Shown piece after piece: positions 26,508-37,115 of a stretch of DNA of 64,000 nt (position 1 is its first letter; the number at the start of each line of letters is the position of its first letter). A program made the translations under genes and the position numbers. The notes below the pieces were generated by a model that saw only the letters and a program-made list of their open reading frames with translations, did not search any database and had not been told where the DNA came from. Source of the stretch: Chthoniobacterales bacterium (lineage in GTDB: Bacteria > Verrucomicrobiota > Verrucomicrobiia > Chthoniobacterales > JACTMZ01); contig VEQL01000001.1 of the NCBI GenBank assembly GCA_018883245.1, positions 94,701 to 158,700 on the forward strand, read 5' to 3'.

Positions 26508-27542
26508 TCAGGGCCGGAACAGTTCCGGCTGCGCCGGTTTTCCCGCAGGCGGCGGCGCGCCGAGTTTCGTGTAGGCCAAAGGCATGGCCGCGCGTCCCTG
26601 CGGCGTGCGCTGCAGGTAGCCACGCATGATGAGAAACGGCTCGTGAACTTCCTCAAGCGTCCCGGCTTCTTCCCCCACGGCCACGGCCAGCGAGTTGAGC
26701 CCGACCGGACCGCCGCCGAAACGGAAGACGATCGCCTCGAGGATGCGCTTGTCCATTTCGTCGAGTCCGTCGCCGTCGATGTCCAGCATTCCCAACGCTG
26801 CCGAAGCGGCCGGCGCGGTGATGACTCCCTCCGCCCGAACCTGCGCGTAGTCACGGCACCACTGGAGAAGGTTGTTGGCGATACGGGGCGTGCCGCGCGA
26901 GCGGTTGGCTATTTCCTGCGCACCGCCGGCGTCGATGGCGACACCGAGCAAGCCCGCGCTGCGCTCGACGATTCTGACCAGGTCCGAGGCGTCATAATAA
27001 TCGAGGCGGCACGTCATGCCGAAGCGGGAGCGGAGAGGGGCGCTGATCATGCCCGAGCGCGTGGTCGCGCCGACCAGAGTGAATTTGGGAAGATTGAGAC
27101 GCACGCTGCGAGCATTCGGCCCCTGGTCGATGATGATATCGACCTTGTAATCTTCCATCGCCGGATAAAGGTATTCCTCAATCGCGGGTTGCAGGCGGTG
27201 GATTTCGTCGATGAAAAGAATCGCGCCCTCCGGCAGCGTGGTGAGCAACCCGGCCAAGTCCCCGGCTTTCTCGATCGTCGGGCCGCTGGTGCATTTGACT
27301 TCCGCACCCATCGCGTTGCCGAGAATGAGCGCCAGCGTCGTCTTGCCCAAACCGGGAGGCCCGGAAAGAAGGATGTGCTGGAGAACATCGCCGCGCTTGC
27401 GCGCCGCATCGACCATCAGCTCGAGCCGCTCGACCACGCGCGCCTGGCCGGCGAACTCCGCGAACATCGGCGGGCGCAGGGACACATCGAGCGGCGAGTC
27501 GGGAGCCTCGACCGTTTCGCGCAGAAAATCTTTGCCTGCCAT
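26508..27542 (-). CDS. ruvB: Holliday junction branch migration DNA helicase RuvB
   Basis: [66 protein letters not shown]. Confidence 0.95.
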   Translation of the reverse strand: MAGKDFLRETVEAPDSPLDVSLRPPMFAEFAGQARVVERLELMVDAARKRGDVLQHILLSGPPGLGKTTLALILGNAMGAEVKCTSGPTIEKAGDLAGLLTTLPEGAILFIDEIHRLQPAIEEYLYPAMEDYKVDIIIDQGPNARSVRLNLPKFTLVGATTRSGMISAPLRSRFGMTCRLDYYDASDLVRIVERSAGLLGVAIDAGGAQEIANRSRGTPRIANNLLQWCRDYAQVRAEGVITAPAASAALGMLDIDGDGLDEMDKRILEAIVFRFGGGPVGLNSLAVAVGEEAGTLEEVHEPFLIMRGYLQRTPQGRAAMPLAYTKLGAPPPAGKPAQPELFRP

Positions 27543-27562
27543 GATGCGATGGAGAATGGACC

Positions 27563-28390
27563 TCAGTGGCCCCCGCCGGCAAGCGCGCCGGAAAAATCGT
27601 GCAAAGCGGATTCCACCCCGCGCGGGTCGCGCAGGATCGAAGTCCCGACCAAGGCCGCGTAGAAATCCCGCGCCAGCGCGGCAACCGTCTGCGGGGTCAC
27701 TCCGCTTTCCGCGACACGGATGCAGCCCTCCGGAAGACGGCAGGCCAACTCGAAAGCGCCCAAGTCCAATGTGAAATCCTGGTCGGCACTCCGGCCGTGC
27801 TCGACAAAGCCGTCGCGCGATTTGAACTTGCGGCTGTTGATGCCGACAACCTTTGCGGACGGCGGCAGCTTGGTGATCTCCTCCGCCTCGTGAACCTCGA
27901 AGAGCGATTGCATCCCGAGATCCAGCACCAGCGCATGCAGGTCTTTCATTTCCTGCGCCGGGAGGACATTGGCCATCAGCAGCACCGCGTCCGCCCCGGC
28001 CCCCCGCGCAGCATAAACCTGGTAAGGGTCGATGATGAAATCTTTGCGCAGCACCGGCTTGGTCGAATGCGCCGCGACCTGCGAAAGGTCGGCCATCCCC
28101 ATGCCGAAATGGGTTTCATTGGTCAGCACGGACACCGCGCGCACAATATCGCTCGCCTCGTAGGCCGCGGCCGCTTGCTGAACGTTTTCCGCGCGCATAT
28201 CCCCCATGCTCGGTGAACGGCGTTTGATCTCGGCGATGAGCCCGAAGCCGCCGGTTCCGAGTGCAGCGGCGAAATCACGCGCGGGCCGCGCATCGGCGGC
28301 GCGGCGCTTCATTTCACCGACCGGGACCGCAGATTGCGCGGCGGCAAGTTCGCGGCGCACATCCGGCAGGATTCGTTCGAGAATTGTCAC
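27563..28390 (-). CDS. trpC: Indole-3-glycerol phosphate synthase
   Basis: [65 protein letters not shown]. Confidence 0.9.
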   Translation of the reverse strand: MTILERILPDVRRELAAAQSAVPVGEMKRRAADARPARDFAAALGTGGFGLIAEIKRRSPSMGDMRAENVQQAAAAYEASDIVRAVSVLTNETHFGMGMADLSQVAAHSTKPVLRKDFIIDPYQVYAARGAGADAVLLMANVLPAQEMKDLHALVLDLGMQSLFEVHEAEEITKLPPSAKVVGINSRKFKSRDGFVEHGRSADQDFTLDLGAFELACRLPEGCIRVAESGVTPQTVAALARDFYAALVGTSILRDPRGVESALHDFSGALAGGGH

Positions 28391-28399
28391 CCCGCGAGA

Positions 28400-28717
28400 T
28401 TAAGAAACCGTCGTGCCGGCCGCAACCCACGCGGCATACGCTTTGGACGCGGCGCCCGCCTCGAAGGCGATGATTTCCGGATTTTCGTGGGGATGAAGTT
28501 TTAGAAGGCGCTTTTCGAGTTTCGCGTAGGCGGGGCCCGACGTCTTGAAAAGGACGAGAACCTCGGCCGCGTCCTCGATCTCTCCTTCCCAGCGATAGAT
28601 CGAGCGGGCGCCCGGAACAAGTGTGCCGCAGGCGGCGAGATTTTCCTCCACCAGCGTCTTGGCCACGGAGGCGGCCGTGTCGGCATCGGGAAACGTGCTC
28701 AAAACGAGCAGGACCAT
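28400..28717 (-). CDS. cutA: Divalent-cation tolerance protein CutA
   Basis: 105 aa starting at the internal Met [63 protein letters not shown] overlap with the lpxD stop. Confidence 0.8.
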   Translation of the reverse strand: MVLLVLSTFPDADTAASVAKTLVEENLAACGTLVPGARSIYRWEGEIEDAAEVLVLFKTSGPAYAKLEKRLLKLHPHENPEIIAFEAGAASKAYAAWVAAGTTVS

Positions 28718-29736
28718 CACCCGAGCTTGTCCTCGATTTTTTTGACGCGGGAAAAAAGTTCGCCGAGGCGGTCGATCCGGACCACCGTGCGTTTCCATTC
28801 GCCGCCCGGGCGGGGCGGGCTGCCGACGACCTGGGCTTTCGGGGGGATATCGTTGCTCACCCCGCTCTGCGCGCCGACGATCGCACCGTCGCCGATCTTG
28901 ATGTGGCCGACGATTCCGGCCTGCCCGGCGAGAATGACGTGGTTGCCGATCTCCGCGCTGCCGGCGATGCCGACCTGCGCGCAAATGATGCAGTGCTTAC
29001 CGATGACGACGTTGTGGGCGATCATGACCAGGTTGTCGATCTTGGTCCCCTCGCCGATCACCGTTCTACCGAAGCGGGCGCGATCCACCGTGGTGTTCGC
29101 GCCGATTTCCACATCGTCACCCACGACCACGATGCCGATCTGCGGGATTTTGGTGTGGCGGCCCGTTTTCGGATCAGTGTCATAGCCGAAGCCATCCGAA
29201 CCGATCACCGCGCCGCTCTGGAGAATGACGCGGTCGCCGAGCACGCAGCCGTCACGCAACACGGCATCGGGGTGGAGCAAGCAATCGGCGCCGATTTTCG
29301 CACCGCGGCCCACCTGGCAACCGGATCCGATCACGCTGCGCGGACCTACCGTCGCACCCTCGCCGATGACCGCCAGCGCGTGCACGCACGCATCAGGGGC
29401 GACCTGTGCTCCCGGCGCCACGACGGCCGCCGGATGAACACCCGGCTCCGGGCGCACAGGAGCAGGCACAAACTTCTGGGTCACGGCCATGAAAGCCGCC
29501 GAAGGATTGTCCACCCGGATGCAGACCGCGGGACATTCGCCGGTGAAATCGCGCGGAACAAGAACGGCGGAGGCCTTGGTCGCCCGCAGATCCGCCGCGT
29601 AGCGCGGGTGCCAGAAGAACGAGATCTCGCCCGGCACGGCATCGGCCAGCGAGGCGGGACCGGAGATGGAAGTATCCGTGAAACCTGCCGGCAGCTCCGC
29701 GCCTACGGCAGCGGCAATCTCGGCGAGACTCGGCAT
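28717..29736 (-). CDS. lpxD: UDP-3-O-acylglucosamine N-acyltransferase
   Basis: N-terminal LpxD domain ([12 protein letters not shown]...[13 protein letters not shown]...AVLVP) followed by long hexapeptide left-handed beta-helix repeats. Confidence 0.9.
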   Translation of the reverse strand: MPSLAEIAAAVGAELPAGFTDTSISGPASLADAVPGEISFFWHPRYAADLRATKASAVLVPRDFTGECPAVCIRVDNPSAAFMAVTQKFVPAPVRPEPGVHPAAVVAPGAQVAPDACVHALAVIGEGATVGPRSVIGSGCQVGRGAKIGADCLLHPDAVLRDGCVLGDRVILQSGAVIGSDGFGYDTDPKTGRHTKIPQIGIVVVGDDVEIGANTTVDRARFGRTVIGEGTKIDNLVMIAHNVVIGKHCIICAQVGIAGSAEIGNHVILAGQAGIVGHIKIGDGAIVGAQSGVSNDIPPKAQVVGSPPRPGGEWKRTVVRIDRLGELFSRVKKIEDKLG

Positions 29737-29782
29737 CGGGAAGGCGCGGCATCGTGGGATGCCGCGCTTTATCCGGAAATAA

Positions 29783-30367
29783 TCAGTCCTTTTTGGCCGG
29801 TGCGGACTTGTTCAGGTCGGAAATGACCTTGTCACTGAAGTCCATGTCAGGGCGGGAAAAGAGGACCACCGGAACTTGGCTGATACCTTGGCCCGACTTG
29901 TCGAAGACGAGTTCATAGCCCTCGGATTTCACCTGGGCATCGACCACTTTCATGATGTCCTGCACGATGTCGCCGCGCATGCGCATGAATTGTTCCTGCA
30001 ATTGGCGCTCTTTCTGCTGGCGGTAATCGACAATCTCACGGTCGAGGGTGCGCACCTCGTTGATCTTCTCGTCGCGCTGCTTGATAGCGGCTTCCTGTTT
30101 ATCCTTGCTCAACTCGGGCTTTTTCGCATCGGCCTCGAGCTTGCTGATTTCCTCCATCTTCGACTTGAAGGTCTCGAGGCGTCCGTCGAGATCGGTCTTG
30201 GCGGATGCGCGGGCTTCATTGAGGCGCGCTTCGGCATCCTTGGTTTTGTAGTAACTGGTGAAGACCTTGTTCATGTCCACGATGCCCACCTTCACAGTTT
30301 GGGCCATGGCGGGGGAAGCGGCACACACGGCCGCCGCGATTGTCAGGGTGACGAGGTTTCTGTTCAT
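29783..30367 (-). CDS. skp: OmpH/Skp periplasmic chaperone
   Basis: Starts at the internal Met [23 protein letters not shown] (signal). Then [10 protein letters not shown] and a long Lys/Glu coiled coil. Classic bamA-skp-lpxD order. Confidence 0.8.
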   Translation of the reverse strand: MNRNLVTLTIAAAVCAASPAMAQTVKVGIVDMNKVFTSYYKTKDAEARLNEARASAKTDLDGRLETFKSKMEEISKLEADAKKPELSKDKQEAAIKQRDEKINEVRTLDREIVDYRQQKERQLQEQFMRMRGDIVQDIMKVVDAQVKSEGYELVFDKSGQGISQVPVVLFSRPDMDFSDKVISDLNKSAPAKKD

Positions 30368-30441
30368 AAGAGTTTTGGGATGATGGACCCGGCGGTTGCC
30401 AAGTAAAGCCTTTTGATCAGACGGCGCTCCGGCCGAAACGT

Positions 30442-32772
30442 TCAAAACTGGTAGCCGATGTTGAACTGAATTTGCCCGGAGCTGCCGTTGTATTGGTCGT
30501 TGACGATCGGAATACCGTAATCGATCCGGATCGGTCCGATGGGCAGGTCGAGGCGGACACCGAAGCCATAGTTGGCATTGTAGTCCGCGGTGTTGAAGTC
30601 CCACGAATCCACATTGACGAAACCGGCGTCGAGGAACATGGCGCCGCGCACGCGAGTGATGATGGGGAAAGTCAATTCGAGTGTTCCGTAGCCGAGCGAA
30701 TTACCGCCGTAGTAAACGCCGTCCACGTTCGGTCCGACCTCGCGGAACTGAAAGCCGCGCAGGTTGTTGGCGCCGCCCAGCCAGAGGCGGTCGAAGATCG
30801 GAACATCATTGAAACCGTTGGCGCCGTTGCCCCCGCCCAGGGTGTCAACCGTGGCCAACTGCCCCTTGGCCATGAAAATGAGGTCCCAGGGCAATGGCAC
30901 GTGCTGCGAACCTTCGAGCGACAGGCCGTAATCGTTGACTTCCTGCTGGCCGGTGATGCCGGCCACGAACGCATTGAGGTTCACGAACGTGCCTTTGCGC
31001 GTGAGGAAAAGATTGTCGCGGTTATCGAAGGTGATTCCGCCGGTCAACGCGTTGCGGGTGTAGAAGCCGCCTTGGCTGGGCCAGTTGTAGGGGCCGCCGC
31101 CGTTGATCTGCGGGATCGTGGTGGAAATGTCGTAAACATCGATGCCTTCGAGCTTGTATTCGACATTGGCCGCGATGAACTCGCCGAACGGTTTGCGCAA
31201 CTGGATCGCGCCGCCGTAGTTCGACTGGTCGTAATACGGGCTCAAAAACGTCGCATTACGGTAGAAAAGCTCGGTTCCGAGCGAGAGCTGGTATCCGAAC
31301 AACCACGGTTCGGTGAAGCTGATGGTCGCGTCCGCACGCTCGATGCCGTATTGACCGCGGATGCGCAAGCGCTGTCCGCCGCCGACAAAGCTGGGCCAGC
31401 CGAAGAGATCGAAGTTCGACTGCTGCAACTCGGCGAAACCGACAAGGTTGTCGATCGTGCTGAAACCGACGCCGAAGTTGAACGAACCGGTGCGCTTCTC
31501 CTCGACAATCACGTTCAAGTCCTTGCGACCCGGGATCATGGTGTCGGACGGAACCGTCTGGACTTGCGAGAAATAGTTGAGGTTTTCCAGGCGCTGGCGG
31601 CTGGTGTCCACGAGAACGGAGTCATAAACATCGCCGGGCACGACGGCCAACTCGCGGCGGATCACGTAGTCCTTCGTCTTGGTGTTGCCCTGGATGTTGA
31701 CGAGGTTGATGTAGGACTGGGAGCCTTCGTCGATGCGGTAGGTCACATTGACCAGCCCTGTCCCGGCGGGCGAAATCTCGGGCATGATGGCCGCGTCGAT
31801 GTAGCCCTGCGTGCCGTAGAATTCCTGCAGAGCTTTGAGGTCGGCGCTCAGACCGTCGGGCGTGTAAAGCGAGCCCTCGACCATCTTCAGACGGCCCTTG
31901 AGATCGTCCGGCGTGGTGATGTTGACGCCGTCGAGCGAGAGACGGTTGATGCTGTATTGCACACCCTCCTTGATCGTGAAAATGAGTTCGACGCTGTTGC
32001 CGTCGAGGGGAACAACCTCGACGTTGGTGACCTGCACGTCAGCGAAGCCCTTGTTCTGGTAAACCAAGCGGATCGCGTCGCGGTCTTCCTGCAACTGGGC
32101 CGGCACGAGGCGGCCGCTCTTGTTGAAGACCGAAAGGAGGTTTTTGGTTTTGGTCTTCATCGCCTTGCGAAGATCCTTAGCGAGGACGGAATCGTTGCCC
32201 ACGAACTCGATGCGGCGCACGACCTGCTTGAGCCCCTCGTCCACGTTGAAAATGACGCGCGAGTCGCCGCGGCCGTTGGTGTCGATCTTGGTCGTGATGT
32301 TCACCCCGCTGTAGTTGCGGTCCTGGTAGAGCTCGACCATCGCCTGGCGCGAAAGTTCGACCTGCTCCTCGTTGAGACTGTCGCCGACTTTGAAGGTCAA
32401 TTCTTTGCGGAGGCGGTTGGGCGGAACCTCGACCGCACCCTCGACGAGAATTTCCGTCACCACCGCGCGGCCTTGAACGAGGACGACGACGCGGACGCCG
32501 TCACCCTGAGGTTCGGCGAAGATGCGCACGTTCGAGACATCGCCCGTGGCGAATAGAGCTTTGACGTCATCCTCGGCCGCGCGCTCGGAATAGGGAGAGC
32601 CGACCTTGGTCTTGAGGTTGGCCATCACGCGCTCGCGGCTGATTGTTTCGGGTCCGGAATATTGGACGACGATCGACCGCACGGTCGGACCCGCGGGCGG
32701 CTGCATCTGGGCGGTGGCGGCGGGCAGGAAGAAGGCCGCAAGAACGGCAACAAGGAGGAGACGTGATCTCAT
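30442..32772 (-). CDS. bamA: Outer-membrane protein assembly factor BamA
   Basis: Start MRSRLLLVAVLAAFFLPAATAQ (CAT 32770-32772). POTRA repeats (VRSIVVQYSG..., VTEILVEGA..., VRRIEFVGN..., INRLSLDG...). C-terminal Omp85 barrel ending ...QIQFNIGYQF. Confidence 0.9.
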   Translation of the reverse strand: MRSRLLLVAVLAAFFLPAATAQMQPPAGPTVRSIVVQYSGPETISRERVMANLKTKVGSPYSERAAEDDVKALFATGDVSNVRIFAEPQGDGVRVVVLVQGRAVVTEILVEGAVEVPPNRLRKELTFKVGDSLNEEQVELSRQAMVELYQDRNYSGVNITTKIDTNGRGDSRVIFNVDEGLKQVVRRIEFVGNDSVLAKDLRKAMKTKTKNLLSVFNKSGRLVPAQLQEDRDAIRLVYQNKGFADVQVTNVEVVPLDGNSVELIFTIKEGVQYSINRLSLDGVNITTPDDLKGRLKMVEGSLYTPDGLSADLKALQEFYGTQGYIDAAIMPEISPAGTGLVNVTYRIDEGSQSYINLVNIQGNTKTKDYVIRRELAVVPGDVYDSVLVDTSRQRLENLNYFSQVQTVPSDTMIPGRKDLNVIVEEKRTGSFNFGVGFSTIDNLVGFAELQQSNFDLFGWPSFVGGGQRLRIRGQYGIERADATISFTEPWLFGYQLSLGTELFYRNATFLSPYYDQSNYGGAIQLRKPFGEFIAANVEYKLEGIDVYDISTTIPQINGGGPYNWPSQGGFYTRNALTGGITFDNRDNLFLTRKGTFVNLNAFVAGITGQQEVNDYGLSLEGSQHVPLPWDLIFMAKGQLATVDTLGGGNGANGFNDVPIFDRLWLGGANNLRGFQFREVGPNVDGVYYGGNSLGYGTLELTFPIITRVRGAMFLDAGFVNVDSWDFNTADYNANYGFGVRLDLPIGPIRIDYGIPIVNDQYNGSSGQIQFNIGYQF

Positions 32773-32905
32773 GGGTTGGTTTGTGGGCGCGGGCCGGAAG
32801 ATTCGGGCGAACCGGCTTTTACTGATGGAAGCGGATGGTGAGGTCAAGCCGGAAAGGGGGTGCGTCCGGCTTGGCGGCGGGCCCGCGGGGCGCTATTTTG
32901 CGCGC

Positions 32906-33460
32906 ATGTGGCCGGCATTGAAGGAATGGGACGTGGTCTGCGAAGCGCTCGGATCCGGGCGGCAGGTGATTGTGATACGCAAAGGCGGGATCGCGGAAGG
33001 CGGTGGCGGCTTCCGTTTCGAGCATGAAGAATTCGTGCTGCTGCCCACATTTTTCCATCAGCAGGCCGAGCGCGTCGTCCCCGATGCCGACTTTGCCGCG
33101 CGCCAGGGCGGCGAAGAGGGCGAGCGCGAGTCGGTCGAAATCCGACATGCCGCAACCGTCGTCTGGCACAAACCCGTCACCGACCGCGGTCTTCTCTCCA
33201 AGTTGCAGGCTTACCACATCCTTACTGCGGAAGAGGCAGAGTCCCGTTTTGACCAAAAGCCCGGCCCCGGCGTGCAGGTCGCCCTGCTCCGGGTTTACCG
33301 GCTCGATCCGCCGCGGAGGATTGCGTGGCAGAAATCATTCGGAGGGTGCCGGTCGTGGGCGGAAATGGATGCCGATTTCGACACCTGCACGCGCGTTTCG
33401 GTGCTGAGCGACGAGCGCTTTGCCGAACTGGAACGCGAACTGCGCGCCCTCTTGGGTTGA
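32906..33460 (+). CDS. DUF1802-like hypothetical protein
   Basis: Starts at the internal Met MWPALKEWDVVCEALGSGRQVIVIRKGGIAEGGGGFRFEHEEFVLLPTFFH. Recalled resemblance to DUF1802 (ALKEW...LLRKGGI.E). Unverified. Confidence 0.55.
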   Translation: MWPALKEWDVVCEALGSGRQVIVIRKGGIAEGGGGFRFEHEEFVLLPTFFHQQAERVVPDADFAARQGGEEGERESVEIRHAATVVWHKPVTDRGLLSKLQAYHILTAEEAESRFDQKPGPGVQVALLRVYRLDPPRRIAWQKSFGGCRSWAEMDADFDTCTRVSVLSDERFAELERELRALLG

Positions 33461-33545
33461 TCCCCTCGCACAACCCTCATCGCTCTGCCCTCAACTCGCC
33501 GGAGGCTTGGCCCCGTCGCCCCGGTTCGTCTAGTCTCGGCACTCC

Positions 33546-34466
33546 ATGGAAAAAGTCGTCATAGTCGGAACCGGCTGCGCGGGTCTCACGGCAGCCATCT
33601 ACGCGGGACGCGCGTCGCTTTCGCCTCTCGTGCTCGAGGGACGCCAGCCCGGCGGCCAGCTCACCACCACCACCGAGGTGGAAAATTTCCCGGGGTTCCC
33701 CGAAGGCGTAAACGGCCCGGATCTCATCATGCGCATGCACGCGCAGGCGGAGAAATTCGGCGCCCGTTTCCAATACGGGACGCTCGAGGAGTTCGAGCCC
33801 GGCAAAACGCACCACCGCTTGAAAGTGGACGGCAAATGGATCGAGACCGAGACGCTCATCGTGGCCAGCGGGGCCGCCGCCCGTTGGCTCGGGCTGGAAA
33901 ATGAAAAGCAGCTTGTCGGCCACGGTCTCACTTCCTGCGCCACGTGCGACGGTGCCTTTTACCGCGACGTCCCGGTTTGCGTGGTCGGGGGCGGAGACTC
34001 CGCCTGCGAAGAGGCGAATTTTCTCACGCGTTTCGCATCCCAAGTTTACCTCATCCACCGCCGAGACGCATTGCGCGCGTCGAAAATCATGGCCGACCGC
34101 GCGTTGGCCAATCCCAAGATCAAAGTGCTCTGGAACCGCAAACCCGTGGCCTACCTCGCGGATGACGCGGGGCACGTCCGCGGCATCCGGCTCGAGGACA
34201 CCAAGAACGGCACATGCGAAGATCTGGCCGTGAAGTGCGTCTTCGTCGCCATCGGCCACACGCCCAACACCGCGCCGTTCCGCGGCAAACTGGATATGGA
34301 CGAAAACGGCTACCTCATCCAGCACGGGGGCACGAAGACCAATGTGCCCGGCGTCTTCGCCGCGGGCGACGTGGCCGACCACGTTTACCGGCAGGCCATC
34401 ACCGCCGCCGGCCAGGGCTGCGCCGCGGCCATCGAGGCCGAACGCTATCTCGCTGCGCGCGAGTAG
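33546..34466 (+). CDS. trxB: Thioredoxin-disulfide reductase
   Basis: [17 protein letters not shown], redox-active [32 protein letters not shown]. Confidence 0.95.
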   Translation: MEKVVIVGTGCAGLTAAIYAGRASLSPLVLEGRQPGGQLTTTTEVENFPGFPEGVNGPDLIMRMHAQAEKFGARFQYGTLEEFEPGKTHHRLKVDGKWIETETLIVASGAAARWLGLENEKQLVGHGLTSCATCDGAFYRDVPVCVVGGGDSACEEANFLTRFASQVYLIHRRDALRASKIMADRALANPKIKVLWNRKPVAYLADDAGHVRGIRLEDTKNGTCEDLAVKCVFVAIGHTPNTAPFRGKLDMDENGYLIQHGGTKTNVPGVFAAGDVADHVYRQAITAAGQGCAAAIEAERYLAARE

Positions 34467-34494
34467 CGCACCACGCGGCACGCTGCCGCGCCCG

Positions 34495-35667
34495 ATGAAA
34501 ATCTGCGATCTCACACAATTCTACTCGCCGGTCAGCGGCGGGGTGAAACGCTACATCTCGGAGAAAGTCGCGTGGATGCGCCGCACGCGGCCGGACGACC
34601 GGCATGTGCTTGTCATTCCCGGGGACAAGACCGAATGCCGCGAAGACGGGCCGGCGCGCGTTTACACGATTCGCTCGCCGCTCGTCTCCCGCACCGCCCG
34701 ATACCGCGCACTGCTCAACCTCACCGCCGTGGAGGAAATCATCGAGCGCGAGCGGCCGGATGTCATCGAGTCGGGCGACCCCTACCAGGTCGCGTGGAAA
34801 GCCCTCGCATCCGGCGATGCGCTCGGCATCCCGGTCGTCAGCTTTTACCACTCGCATTTTCCCGAGGCCTATCTGCGGACAATCCAGAAATTTTTCGGCC
34901 GCATTGCCGTCGATATCACACGCGACGTCGCGCGCCGCTACGTGCGCGAACTTTACAACCGCTTCGCCGCGACCATCGTCCCCTCGCCCGCCCTCGCCCG
35001 CCTCCTTCGTGACTGGGGTGTGCAGAACACGCGGCTCGGGGAACTCGGCGTGGACACCGGGCTTTTCCGTCCGGATTGCGCGGACGGCGAGCGCGCGCAG
35101 GTGCGAGGGGCGCTGGACATAGCGGACGACGAAATTCTGCTGCTCTACGTCGGCCGCCTTTCTCCGGAGAAAAACGTCACGACATTGTTCGAAGCCTTCG
35201 AGGAACTGGTGTCCGGCGACCGCGGAAACCGCTACGCCCTGCTGGTGACCGGCGACGGTCCCGAGCGGCGCCACCTTGCGCGGTTGAAAAACAACAGCGC
35301 GCAAGTCCACTGGCTGCCTTACCAGGGGGACGGACGTCAACTAGCGCGCCTCTACCGCGCGGCCGATCTTTTCGTCCATCCCGGCGTGCAGGAAACATTC
35401 GGGCTCGTGGCGCTCGAGAGCCAGGCGTGCGGCACGCCGGTGGTGGGCATCCGAGGCAGTTACATGGACCGCATCATTTTCACCGACCAGCATCACTGGG
35501 CGAAGGAAAATTCCCCGCGCGCGCTGGCCGAGGCGATCCGCGCGACGGCCACGCGCGATCTGGCGGCGGAAGGATCGGCAGCGGCTGACCGCGTGAGGCA
35601 GTTTTATTCCTGGGACCGTTGTTTCGCCCGGCTTTTTGCCGTCTACCGCGAGGTGGCTGGAGCCTGA
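34495..35667 (+). CDS. Glycosyltransferase family 4 (GT-B, group 1)
   Basis: Starts at the internal Met MKICDLTQFYSPVSGGVKRYI (ATG 34495). LLYVGRLSPEKN, HPGVQETFGLVALESQACGTPVVG (EX7E region). Confidence 0.8.
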   Translation: MKICDLTQFYSPVSGGVKRYISEKVAWMRRTRPDDRHVLVIPGDKTECREDGPARVYTIRSPLVSRTARYRALLNLTAVEEIIERERPDVIESGDPYQVAWKALASGDALGIPVVSFYHSHFPEAYLRTIQKFFGRIAVDITRDVARRYVRELYNRFAATIVPSPALARLLRDWGVQNTRLGELGVDTGLFRPDCADGERAQVRGALDIADDEILLLYVGRLSPEKNVTTLFEAFEELVSGDRGNRYALLVTGDGPERRHLARLKNNSAQVHWLPYQGDGRQLARLYRAADLFVHPGVQETFGLVALESQACGTPVVGIRGSYMDRIIFTDQHHWAKENSPRALAEAIRATATRDLAAEGSAAADRVRQFYSWDRCFARLFAVYREVAGA

Positions 35668-35697
35668 AGGACGGCAAAAGCCCGACCGGATGCCGGC

Positions 35698-36462
35698 TCA
35701 CGAACCGGTTTCCGCGGCGAGAGGCACCATCGCACTCTTGCGGAACCTCAGCGGCGGCATTCCGTAGGCCGCGCCGAAACTTTTGGTAAAATGGCTTTGG
35801 TCGTAAAAGCCGAACTCCGCGGCGATCTCGCCGACGGACTTCGCGGACGCCAGCAATTCGTGCCGCGCGTGCCGCAGACGGACCTGCTGGTGATAAGCCA
35901 CAGGGGTCATGTGGAAAATCTTCTTGAACCTCCGTTCGAAGACGGCGGTGGACATTCCCTGGTTCGAGGCCAGCGCCCGCAAGTCGAATCGCTCGCGCGA
36001 AAGGCGTTCGATGTGGTTGATCGTCTTGGCAAACTCGCCCGCGTCCGCCGAACGGGCCGAGGTTTCCGAGAGATTCCGGCTGACACCGACGATGCCCAGA
36101 ATGCGGCCGTCTGCGGACTTAATGGCAAACTTGTTGGTAATCATCAGGTCGCTCTTGAATTTGCCCCGCGGCATGGGCTCGATCTGATTCTCCAGCTTGA
36201 CTCCGGTCTCCATGACCTTCCGGTCGTCATGGATATACAAATGGGCGCGCTTTTTATGGAAGAAATCCAGATCGGTTTTTCCCAAAAGATCCGACAAATC
36301 TTGGAGGCCGCAGAGTTTCAAAAAGGGCGGGTTCGCCGCCACGAATTTGCCGTTTGTATCTTTTGCAAAAAACCATACATCAGGTATATACGCAAACGCA
36401 GTGACGGCGATGGCAAGCATCGCATCCAACTCTGGATCCGCTTTTTTATCTAGTCTCTTCAT
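35698..36462 (-). CDS. PAS-domain AraC-family transcriptional regulator
   Basis: N-terminal PAS-like region (FFAKDTNGKFVAANPPFLKLCG...ITNKFAIKSADGRILGIVGV). C-terminal AraC HTH (LASNQGMSTAVFERRFKKIFHMTPVAYHQQVRLRHARHELL...SVGEIAAEFGFYDQSHFTKSF). Confidence 0.8.
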   Translation of the reverse strand: MKRLDKKADPELDAMLAIAVTAFAYIPDVWFFAKDTNGKFVAANPPFLKLCGLQDLSDLLGKTDLDFFHKKRAHLYIHDDRKVMETGVKLENQIEPMPRGKFKSDLMITNKFAIKSADGRILGIVGVSRNLSETSARSADAGEFAKTINHIERLSRERFDLRALASNQGMSTAVFERRFKKIFHMTPVAYHQQVRLRHARHELLASAKSVGEIAAEFGFYDQSHFTKSFGAAYGMPPLRFRKSAMVPLAAETGS

Positions 36463-36572
36463 CTGTGGAATTTATACAAAAAATAGATGATTAAATACAA
36501 GACATCCGAGGCTTGTGCTTTACTGTTTGCATCACTCGCTCCCAGCCGACACAACAACCACCGAGACCGGCT
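36463..36572. promoter_or_regulatory. AT-rich divergent intergenic region (expected promoters/operators for the AraC-like gene and the 36.6-45.9 kb cluster)
   Basis: Conspicuously AT-rich relative to its surroundings (tttatacaaaaaatagatgattaaatacaag). Lies between divergent starts. I could not define a specific -35/-10 or operator motif. Confidence 0.35.
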
Positions 36573-37115
36573 ATGAATTCGGAATCCCGCAGCACCCTCT
36601 CCCCGGACTTCTCCAGCGACCTCGGCGCAACCCTCGGCGTCCTCCTCCTGCGGCTGTGGCTGTCGATGCGATGCATCGTGAGCGGCCTCGAGAAATACAC
36701 CGGGACGAAAGTTTCCGACAGTCCGGTGATGATCGACGGCGCAGTCAACACCTACGGTCTCACGGAGGCCGCTTCGACCAAAGTCTACGGCTTCGCCTAC
36801 TACCACGGAGTGCCCGCGGCCTTGATGGAAAAATTTTCCCGTGAGCCCCTCCTGCCCGGCCCCGCCCTGAAGCTTTATGACACCATCCTCGGCCCGGCGC
36901 TGATCGTCCTGGGTGCGGCGTTGCTCGTCGGTTTCGCCACGCGCAGCACGCTCTTCGCCATAGGCCTCCTCTACACCAGCCTGACTTTCGGCCTGATTCT
37001 GATCAACGAGAACTCCGGCGTCGCCTGGCTGGCCATCCACATCGCGCTGGTCGCGCTGATGCTTTTTTACTCGAAGCACAACAGATTCGAAATCACCGGC
37101 CGATGGAGAGCCTGA
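36573..37115 (+). CDS. DoxX-like small integral membrane protein
   Basis: Starts at the internal Met MNSESRS (ATG 36573). TM helices LGVLLLRLWLSMRCIVSGLEKY, ILGPALIVLGAALLVGFATR, LFAIGLLYTSLTFGLIL, VAWLAIHIALVALMLF. 3' end overlaps the next ORF by 13 nt. Confidence 0.5.
   Translation: MNSESRSTLSPDFSSDLGATLGVLLLRLWLSMRCIVSGLEKYTGTKVSDSPVMIDGAVNTYGLTEAASTKVYGFAYYHGVPAALMEKFSREPLLPGPALKLYDTILGPALIVLGAALLVGFATRSTLFAIGLLYTSLTFGLILINENSGVAWLAIHIALVALMLFYSKHNRFEITGRWRA

Noticed and set aside
24711-27662. 983-aa plus-strand ORF
   Set aside because: Antisense to the ABC exporter and ruvB, whose Walker/signature motifs are on the minus strand.
30472-32556. 694-aa plus-strand ORF
   Set aside because: Antisense to bamA, whose POTRA repeats and Omp85 barrel read clearly on the minus strand.
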